A DNA stretch of 64,000 bases from NCBI RefSeq assembly GCF_006345805.1, contig NC_042997.1, positions 104,284,001 through 104,348,000 of the forward strand, written 5' to 3'. Under the pieces are notes generated by a model that was not told where the DNA came from, did no database searches, and saw only the letters and a list, made by a program, of their open reading frames with translations. Below are positions 54,310-64,000 of the stretch, one piece after another (positions within the stretch are counted from its first letter, which is position 1; the number at the start of each line of letters is the position of its first letter). A program made the translations under genes and the position numbers. This DNA comes from Octopus sinensis. Taxonomy: Eukaryota.

Positions 54310-55265
54310 ATTCCTACTGGACGCCTTATTTCTTTATTTGAATCCGTATATCATTCTCTTTCTTACTCTCCCGCTTTCTGTCTCACCTTCTCTCTCTTGC
54401 TTTTCCTTTCTCTCCTTTTATGATGTTATTAATATTCTGTCAGTGTATGTTTGTATTTATGTTCGCTTTATATATTACTCTTCTTCATCACTTCCTACCT
54501 TATACACGATATCTGATTTCTTTCATATTTCTCCCTCCTAATTCTATTCTGTATCTATCTTACACAGTTTCCCTCGCATTGTCTTTGTTCTCTCGCTTAT
54601 TCTCTCTGCCAATCAGTGTCTTCAGATGATTCAACATGTCTTTTTTGCTTCCTGTTATTCTCATTAACTGTTACTCTGTTTTGTCTCTCCCTACCTCCCA
54701 ACACACTTCCCTTATTCGCTCTTATTACTTCCCTGCAATTGTATTGCATTCTCTCCCTCTCTCTCTCCCTCCTTTTCTCTCCCTTACCCCCATTCTCCCG
54801 TTTTCACATACACACACATACATAAACACTTACACACAAACACTCAATCTCTCTTCCTTGTCCTGTCTCTTCCTTTCTTCTTTTCTACTTTCTTCCCTAT
54901 TTCTCATTCTCTCTCCATTTTGCTATCTCAGTCACTTTCTCTTCACATTGTCCTCTACTCTCCATCCTCTTTCAGTCACTCTATACGCCCTCTTTCCCTA
55001 ACTCTCTACTTCTTTGCTCTCTTTCCCTAAGTCTCTACTTTCCCTAACTCTTTGCTCTCTTTCCCTAACTCTCTACTTCTTTGCTATACTCTTTCTCCCT
55101 CACCTCTCTTTCTTTCTGTCTGTCATCAACAACATCCTCTGCCATTTCTCTTTTACTCTCGCCCTAAATCTTTTAACTATTCTTTCCTTCGTTTTAGATA
55201 TTTTTTCTATATATTTTCTTGTTTTGCCAATTCTATTTTCTTCTCTTTCTTCTTGTTAATATAAT
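54310..55265. repeat. ~950-bp pyrimidine-rich tract with a ~30-bp imperfect minisatellite at 54990-55095
   Basis: The unit ctttccctaactctctacttctttgct is repeated 3-4 times. Confidence 0.8.
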
Positions 55266-55874
55266 ATTCATTTCTTGATTTGGTTCTTTGTTTGTTCTTT
55301 TTAAACCATTCTACTATTTTCCATTTCAAGGAAGATACAGTACCACACACACACAAAACGCACATACATACGGACATACACACATGCATAAATGCAGATA
55401 TGCAAACGCACATACATATGTATACGTATATTCAGCAATATGTGCGTGTGCGTGTCTATCGCATTTATATATGTGTATGCGCACATTCATGCACACAAAT
55501 ATTTTCATCCGTACAGCTAATCAGTATACAAAAAGACCAACACATTTTCCACAGAATGATCTAGTAAGTCTCTTAAAATGAAGTAAAACCACAACACACA
55601 CACATACACGCACGCATGCACACAATTACATACTCACACACGTACGCGCACTAATACTACGTACGAAACACTATCAAAAACAAACCCATATAAATAAATA
55701 CACACCAGTCACTCAGAAAATATCCATGCAGTAAGATACACAAACAGCGAACTATCATCTTCAACAAATGCTTTCTCTCCTTCAATCATGCATACATATA
55801 TACACAATCGTACATAGATGTGTATATATATATATGTGTGTGTATATCTATATCTATCTATCTATCTATATATA

Positions 55875-55921
<47 letters not shown>

Positions 55922-55959
55922 ACACACACATATATATATACATATATATATCTGTATAT

Positions 55960-56325
55960 ATATTCATACATAGACATACGTACATACATGCATACATGCA
56001 TACATACAGACCTATATATATGCATACATACATACGTGCACGCAAGCATACATAAATACATACGTCCACCATACATACATACATGCATGCATGTATGGAT
56101 ACATACGTACACGCACACATACATACATACACACATACATGCACACATTCATACATACAAACATAAATACATATACATACTTACATACATGCATACATAC
56201 GTACATACATACATACATACATACATGCATGCATGCATACATACATACATACATGCATGCATGCATGCATGCATACATACATACATACATACATACATAC
56301 ATACATACATACATACATACATGCC
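55960..56325. repeat. (TACA)n/(TGCA)n degenerate tetranucleotide array
   Basis: Directly visible. Confidence 0.9.
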
Positions 56326-57165
56326 GATATTTGTGGAAATGACCGCAGCCACATAAACATACAGCTACACATATCCTGCAAGCTGGCAATAGAAACCCAT
56401 TTACTGATTAGTATTCTGAAAAGCGTCTTCTTTACAACTGAGACAGAAATGGTATTTTAGAATCAGGAAGGTTGGAGATTGGTGGGCTAGTGTGGGTAGA
56501 TTAGTATAGGAGATGAAGTCGTTTTCGGAGAAGGAGAGAGTGTCTTTGTGGAAGAGGGATTTCGGAATGAATAAAAGCAGCAGCGCTTTTGGGGATGGTG
56601 ATGTTAATGGTTTGCGGTTTAGAGAGGTTTATTTGTATGAGCTAGTTGGTTTGTTGGCTGGCTGGCTGGCTGGCTGGCTCTTTGAGTGATTTGCCCGGGG
56701 CTGCAATGACAAAAGATTGTGTTGTAAAGAATAACCATTTCGAGACACACACACCCCGTCGACTGTTCAATCTGCCGATAGCTAGAATTTCTGCCACGTT
56801 TGTCGGTATTCTGTGGACGACACGTGGTAATGTTATGCATTTCTCGTGTAATCTGTTTTGATTGGCAGATTAAATTGATCCGAATAGGGTTAAATAAATT
56901 AAGTAAATGAATAATTGAATAAATACGTATTTACATTTCATCTCCTCTCTTAATAGAGAGTCCTTTCGCTTTTTCTGTGTTTTTACGTGTACCAGTGTAA
57001 TATATATATGTATGTATGTATGTGTGTATGTGTGTGTGTGTGTGTGTAAGATATATATATAATATATAATATATATGTACATGTAAATGAAAATGGATAT
57101 GCATGTATGCATTACATATAGGCGAGCATACACACTTAGAATATGTATGCATATATATAGTTAAT

Positions 57166-57352
57166 ATGTGACCGCGTGTGTATCGTTGGCGATTTTCTTT
57201 CTCCGTCTTCCCTTTCTTGGACATTTCCTTTTTCTATGCTTCTGACGAAGAGCTCCGCTCGAAACGTTAAATCCTCCTTCTTTCTTTCCTTTCCTGAGCG
57301 TCCAATAACACTATACTTGTTCCACGTCCTCGCGTTGTGTTTTCTCTTTGTT

Positions 57353-57354
<2 letters not shown>
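57166..57354 (+). mobile_element. Penelope-type terminal-repeat-like element carrying a minimal type I hammerhead
   Basis: Homologous to 63745-63949; contains CTGACGA-A-GAGC-tcc-GCTC-GAAA-CGT-T at 57242-57268. Confidence 0.75.
57238..57272 (+). ncRNA. Minimal type I hammerhead ribozyme motif (palindromic stem III, dimer type)
   Basis: Intact core CUGACGA/GAAA/GUU; 4-bp stem II; ACGU palindrome; weak stem I (GCUU/AAAU, one mismatch). Confidence 0.65.
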
Positions 57355-57394
<40 letters not shown>

Positions 57395-58429
57395 CACGCG
57401 CACACATATACATATATATGTATGTATATTTGTATATATATTCTTTTATTCTTTTACTTGTTTCAGTCGTTTGACTGCAGCCATTCTGGAAGACCTCTGG
57501 AATGTCTTACAAAACGTCATTGTGTCCCTAATACATCGAACTTGGAGAAACCGCGTCAGTTTCTTTTATTCTTTCTTCGAAAACCCAGTGTTTCTTGGTT
57601 CCTGTGTAAATTTGGGAATACATAGCCTAATGCATCTATGATGATTAGGTACAAATGAGAATTTCTAGTCAGGGTAAAGAGCAGTAAGTTCTGCATTAAT
57701 TCCCCATAAATGTTCTGTTTACCTGGACTTTTGATTATATGTTCATTTCCGCTGGGCAGCTAAGCTATACAAAAGTGCATGATTTTGTTCCGTGTCTCGC
57801 AGAACAACATCTACTCTGTAATGTTTGCTCTGGAATGCTGATTTTATTGGAGTACTCTATCAGTATTCCTTGTTTCAAAAGCTACGAATATTACTGGCTT
57901 TCACACGCTTTTGTTGTATACATCAGGGCAAATACTTCCTGCAAATAACGTTATAAATAATTTTTGCAACAATATCATACGTCAAGGGTAGGCTGCGGAT
58001 ATTTCCATGTTGGTATAGCAGAGCCAATATTTTATATCAGAATGTGGAAGTTACATGTATACCCACACATACTCATACAAAATCATGCATTTACCCGCAC
58101 ATATGCGTATACATGTGTCTATGTTTTTCTGTCCCTGTATGTGATTGCTTCTGTATAATTAATCATATGTAATGATGTTGAACGTCGCTGCATACAGAAA
58201 ACTTCTCTTCGCTTTATAAATCCGTATGACAGAAAAGAGCGACGGCCTTTGGGTTAGTCAAACAGTCTTCGTGTTGAGAGTAGTGGTAGTGTTTTTGTAG
58301 CCTGCTGCTTATGGTAACAGTGCCAATTGTAGGCTAGTAATGGTAATAGTGGTTATGGTTGCGAGAATTTCTTGTAGTATGACTGAAATCAGGTTACTGA
58401 TGAAGTTGTTTCAAAAATTCTTTCTCCCA

Positions 58430-58630
58430 TAAACACAAGAAAATTTTGCTGGAAGAGTTGAATCGATTACATCGACCCCGGTTCTCCACGGATGTTCACT
58501 TTATCAACCACGATGGAATGAAAGCAAAGTCAACCTCCGCAGCATTTGAGGTCAGATCATAAAGCCGGACAAAATGCCGCTGAGCATTTTATCCTCGTTG
58601 CTAGCGAGTCTATTAGCTCGGCACCTTATT
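58430..58630 (-). mobile_element. Diverged SINE family B
   Basis: gattacatcgacccc...atgaaagcaaagtcaacctccgc...aaatgccgctgagcattt. Confidence 0.75.
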
Positions 58631-58879
58631 AGTTCTAAAGATATTTGCTAAAAGTACTGGTAGTGTTATATATGTAAGGCAGGCAGTGTTAAATTCAGTT
58701 CTGATGGGGCAAACCCGTGATCACATCGCTCCATCCATGACTATCATAATTTATTTTTCGACACTACATTATTTTGTCCCTCAATTTTAATATATCGTAA
58801 AGTTAATTTCTATTTTTTTTATATAACAGATCGAGGGATCTCCTAGGTCTCCTGCTTTCTTGTTTACGTTAATGTTATG

Positions 58880-59720
58880 ATCACGTTCTTGTTCACGTTG
58901 ATGTTATTGGTGGTGGTGGTGGTGGTAGTGCTGGTAACAAAGGTATTGGTGGGGATAGTAGTCATCATCGTGGTGGTGATAATGGTTGAGTAGGTAGGGG
59001 TTGACTTCAGTGGTAGCGCTTTTAATGGTGGTCATTGTAGTTATGGTGATCGTGATGACAGTAGAATTGGTGCTCGTGGTGATGGTGATGGTGGCGGTGA
59101 CGGCAGTGGTGTTGCCGGTGGCAACAATGGTGGAAGCACTAGCGGCGCTGTGTGCCGTATACGTTGAACATCAGAGCTGTTACTAGTTCTGGGAGTAGTG
59201 GTGGTGACGTCGGCGGCTGTGGTGAAGACGGAGGCGGCAACAGTGACGGTGTTGATATTGCTGTGGGAACTCACGAGATGTTACTAGTTCTGCTGGTAGT
59301 GGTGGTGTCGGTAATGGCATTGATGGTGGCGGAATTTTTATTGTTGTTGGTGCTGGTGGTTGTAGTGGTGGTGGTGGTGGTGGTGGTAGTGGTTACAAGG
59401 ATGGAACTGTTGTTGTTTTCGTCGCTAAGTTTATGGCGACGGTGGTGTCGATAGTAACGGGGAGTGATTCCTCGGCGGTCGTTGTGAAGGGTTTATTCTT
59501 GACAGGACGTTCAAATGATCACGCTGGAGTTGGTGGAGGCTTGAGCAGCTAGTAATGGCTGTGATGGTGGTGGTGGTGGTGGTGATGGTGGTGGTGGTAG
59601 TGGTGGTGGTGGTGGTGGTGGTGGTGGTGTTGGTGTTGGTGTTGGGGTGGTGGTGGTGGTGGTGGTGGTGGTGGTAGTGGCCGTCGTCGTCATCATGGTC
59701 GGTGTGGTCGATGCTGATAG
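58880..59720. repeat. GC-rich (GGT)n-based cryptically simple region
   Basis: Runs of GGT/GAT/GTT triplets; stop codons in all frames. Confidence 0.8.
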
Positions 59721-60214
59721 TGGTGAGAATGTTAAGCACAGCCTTGATAATCATACCATGGTGTATGACAGAATGATGCGTGCTCCTTACTGTGGTTGGG
59801 GGTTGGGTTGCTGACGTTCATTGCTGTCATGTTGACCTCGCTGTTTGTTTATATTGTCGCTGTCACCGAACAAAAACACACCGAAGTGCGTGCGTACGTG
59901 CGTGCTTGCGTGCGCACTCACACTCACAAACGCACAGGCACAAACTGAACAAACATACGCACAAAATACATAACACACATGCACACGCATGCATAGCTTC
60001 TTAATTTTGAAGTGAAGTCCTACTATAACCGGTCAGATTAGGGAGTTTATTAAAGCCCTAATCGTGTGTTTTGGGAGCATGACATCGCCAATCATTGTAA
60101 TATATATATACACATACATACGTATATTATATGTGTGTGCCTGTGTGTGTGTATGTATGCATGAAAATATATGTATATATATGTATAATATATATATATA
60201 ATATATATATATAT

Positions 60215-60246
<32 letters not shown>

Positions 60247-60247
60247 C

Positions 60248-60289
<42 letters not shown>

Positions 60290-60495
60290 GTAAATATATA
60301 CATACATATATAAGTATATACATATATACAGACATGCACATATATGCACACGTGCCTGTGTGTAAATTATATATATAAATATACGTTACACTTATATATA
60401 TTTATGTCTGGTATATATACTATATATCATATACGTTATATATATATATATATATAATATATATATATATATATGTATATAATATACGTTATAGG

Positions 60496-60543
<48 letters not shown>

Positions 60544-61534
60544 AGTGTGTATATGTGCGCGCGTGCGTGTCTGTGTGTGTATGTGTGTGTGTGCGTGCAT
60601 ATGTGTGTATGGAAAGGCATCTATTTATACATGTTTCCGTTGGTAATTATGCGTGCGTGCGTGTGTGTATATGCACATGGCTTAGGAACTGACATCTTAT
60701 GGCTAAATAGGTGACAGTAATGAAACGTACAGGAACCTACAAGATTATAGTTGTAAACACCCGACAGCTCCGCTTAAAGGCAAGATTGAAAACTATATAA
60801 AACCCTTTCAAACAGCCGCTGAAGCAGTATCAATATTAGTTCTATCAAATACCTATTTATGTTCATGCTCCTTTGCTCTTTGACATGCCACTATGGATAT
60901 TCTGCGTATTCCAGGCTTTAGTATGTGTATAAGGTTGCGAACACACGTTTTTGTATGTGAGTGTTAAACACAGAAGGCTATGTAATAGCGTATGCCTCAC
61001 AGTTATTTTTTTTTTATTACCGACTACATAGTTTATTAGTTAAAATTTTTGCAAGATCATGCCCATAATCTCATAATGTTTGTTCTTATCAGCTTAAGCT
61101 TGAAACTAGATTAACGTTTGTGATAGCTGACAGTTTCGTTTGCAGGCAGAAATACAAAAACAATAATAACAACTCATTTTAAATACAGAAGTTCATTTTT
61201 AAACATAGCCAAACGTGGCAACATGCATTAATCCTAAGATCTGATAGACTTGGGTTGTCCAAAAAAATATAACTAGAATAATTTTCATCCGAATAAAAGC
61301 AACAGCAAGATAAAATACAAAGCAAACAGTTTATAGTTAATTGAAAACGTTATTACAAGTAATATTAATTGTCACACGTTAAATAATTGGCTCTGTTTAG
61401 TAGTATCAATTGTTACATGTTGATTAAATTTCTGCTAATTAAGATGTAAGAGTTTTCAGTACATATTTCAATACATATACATGCATTTGGATATATAAAA
61501 GAGAAAGAATGCATATCTAGATATGTAGACACAG

Positions 61535-61577
<43 letters not shown>

Positions 61578-61934
61578 TGTGTGTATATATATATTAATAA
61601 TCGTATTTTATAAGCTTAAAGCTTATACTTGATCACCGTGCAATGAATAAAGTAAGTCTAATAATGGGGCAAATAAGCCCACAACGGAAAAAAATCAGGT
61701 TTTCACGTGCGCGTGGAAAACCTACGGTTGTTCGGTAGTGTAAGATGGTTAGCACACTTGTTGTGAAAACAAAGGAATGTGGGCTCGTGTCTCAGACGTA
61801 CGGGAAAATCTACATTTTCCCGTCGACGTGGCTTACCAAAAACCATCGCAGTATATATAAAAAACTTATTTGGGAATGGATGCGTGGCGTTCAATTAAAT
61901 AAATATAATGTAAATAATATATATGCATATATGA

Positions 61935-62280
61935 GTAAAGGACGTCACTAACTGTGTATACCACACAAAATACGAAAACAAATGCGTTAAATACGCAAAC
62001 AATAAGAGAGGAAAATGGAAAACTCAGAGCACGACCCTCCAGCAGTTATCGGCTGTCTATCTACTCCTCATTTGGAGGATTCAACGACAATGAGACATCA
62101 AAGAAAGACGCTCCCATAAATTCTAAAATAAAATTTAGGATTTATGGAGGGTCGAATTTGGGAGCAAAACATGACAGTGCAGATATACAAGAAAACTTAC
62201 CGAAAATAAACATGGAAGGTCGTTAGACCAGAACAGCAGGAAAATATGAACGGTGGGAGAAATATTTTCTTTGAAAAGAG
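61935..62280 (+). mobile_element. Copy of the gggtacaggacgtcac repeat family
   Basis: Homologous to 3755-4030 (atacgaaaacaa, cggctgtctatct..ctcctcattt, ggatttat). Confidence 0.75.
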
Positions 62281-62682
62281 TAAAGATAGAAGAGAGAGAA
62301 AGAAAACGTCCAGTCTTTTGAACGTCTGTGCAAAAAAAGAAGGATGGACGATGGTCACATGTAAGCAACGAAAGAGAGTAAAAGATAAAGAGGGGTGATA
62401 TAGATAGATAGAAAACGGTGAAAGTGGGAGGGGGAAAAGGGGAATTAGAGAAGGACGGAGGAAGAAAACAGTATAGCGTCGCATCAAAAAGGTTAAGGTA
62501 TAATTACTTGGAAATGAATACGTTGCGTTCAATTAAGTAAGTATAATATAAATAATATATGTATATATGTATATATGTATAGTGTAATAAATAAAATATA
62601 TGCATACATACAAACATATATGTACTACCTACATCTACATGTATATGTACATGCATATATAAATATATATACGTGTGTACAG

Positions 62683-63200
62683 GACACCACAAATAGACGT
62701 AGAACTCAACGAGAAACGAAAAGTAAAAACAGCATGGAACGGACCATTTTTAATTAACAAAACGAAAAACAGTACAAGACAACTACACAAGGAAAAATCC
62801 CCTTTATCAGCTGTCCCTAGTTCAACTCCAGCATGTTTCGAAGGTGAGGACAGAACACGTCTCTTCGAACTAATCCTTCCTGCGAAAGAATTAAATAAAA
62901 TTCCTTTGCAGAGGGGTAAAACAAGGAAAAAAATGTGACAAAAACAGACGTAAAAACAAACAATTAAACAACACAAATAAAAATACATTACAAAAAATAC
63001 AGTACAAGAAGGAATAGAAACAGGACAGGAAACACAATAATGAGGCCCTATAACCTAGACGAGAAAAAATTTTCACGAGCGCAGGAAGAAACATGTTTAC
63101 TTGAAGAAGGCCGCCAGCGAAAGGAAGTTCTCGACCCGGCTGTGAGAGAGATGAGGAGGAGTGAGAGAGAGAGATAGAGAGGAGGAAGCCAAAAAGGGTG
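62683..63200. mobile_element. Purine-rich repeat between (TA)n tracts, probably Penelope-derived
   Basis: Starts gtgtacaggac, like the neighbouring family; bounded by TA repeats. Single copy in this window. Confidence 0.4.
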
Positions 63201-63213
63201 ATATATATATAAT

Positions 63214-63254
<41 letters not shown>

Positions 63255-63340
63255 TATTTATATATATATATATATATACATATATATATGCATATATACA
63301 CACATGTACATACAGTTGTATATATATAGGTATGCATATA

Positions 63341-63665
63341 TGGGTACAGACGTCACAACTGTGTAACCGACATGGAATACGAAAACAAACGAGTTAAATA
63401 AGCTGTCCTGTGGTTGTTCCTAACTTTGACCGTCCATAAATCCTAAATTCTATTTTAGAATTTATGGGAGCAACTTTCTTTAAAGACTCATATTGCCGTT
63501 CAGTGCTTGAAATGAGGAGTAGATAGACAGCCGACAACTGATGTAGGGCTGTTCTCTGTGTTTACTTGTCCTGTTTTCTATATTTTTCTCTCGTTATTTG
63601 CCTATTTAACTCGTTTTTGTTTTCGTATTTCATATGGTTTACCTGTTGGTGGCGTCCTGTACCCA
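63341..63665. mobile_element. gggtacaggacgtcac-family element with an inverted terminal segment
   Basis: 63341-63400 is a forward copy of the terminus; 63401-63665 is the reverse-oriented body; 63603-63665 pairs with 63341-63400. Confidence 0.8.
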
Positions 63666-63674
63666 AATATGATA

Positions 63675-63744
<70 letters not shown>

Positions 63745-63749
<5 letters not shown>

Positions 63750-63944
63750 ACCTCGTGAGCACCGCCAGCAATTTTTTTCCTCTGTCTTCCCTTCTCGGGA
63801 TCTTTCCTTCTCCTTTGTTTCCGACGAAGAGCTGCCGCTCGAAACGTTAAACCCTCCTTTCCCTTCTTTCCTGAGCGCCAATAATACCTTATTTGTTCAC
63901 GTCCTCGCGTTGCTGTGTTTTTTTTTGTGTTTTCATGTTTGGAT

Positions 63945-63949
<5 letters not shown>
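63745..63949 (+). mobile_element. Penelope-type terminal-repeat-like element with a minimal hammerhead (63817-63852)
   Basis: gttt-CCGACGA-A-gagc-tgcc-gctc-GAAA-CGT-T-aaac; flanked by (TA)n on both sides. Confidence 0.75.
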
Positions 63950-63982
<33 letters not shown>

Positions 63983-64000
63983 TATATATATATATAATAT

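Noticed and set aside
59431-59754. His/Thr/Pro-rich ORF as a host exon
   Set aside because: Built from (ACC)n triplet repeats, with frequent stops in neighbouring frames and no convincing splice sites or domain.
63101-63122. TTGAAGAAGGC..GCGAAA as a degenerate hammerhead
   Set aside because: C3 is missing, stem II is only 2 bp, and there is no UH site or stem I.

Overview
Repeat-dense, AT-rich eukaryotic non-coding DNA, most likely from an octopod cephalopod (Octopus). The species call is inferred from the SINE and Penelope-type repeat families and the extreme (TA)n/(CA)n/(TATC)n/(TACA)n density. I found no credible host protein-coding exon: almost all ORFs in the supplied track are translated microsatellites. 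Recognisable content: a 5'-truncated R4/Dong-clade LINE inside a (TAA)n tract (12354-14784), a Tx1/L1-type LINE relic (15335-16390), a CR1/L2-type endonuclease relic (52610-53830), the 3' end of a HERO-like RLE retrotransposon (41445-42290), two full-length mariners (19800-21089 near-intact; 31459-32774 decayed), many tRNA-derived SINEs, Penelope-type terminal-repeat elements, and a 100-N gap flanked by a probable false duplication. Top lead: the 3' UTR of the HERO-like element contains a complete hammerhead-ribozyme core with all three stems pairable (42216-42267). Its strands lie in an order that is none of the three circular permutations (types I/II/III), implying a pseudoknotted hammerhead. 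It sits downstream of a CCAAT/E-box/TATA/Inr promoter-like cassette. Several conventional minimal Penelope-type hammerheads are also present (51326, 57238, 63817). No ribozyme activity has been tested; these are sequence-based predictions.
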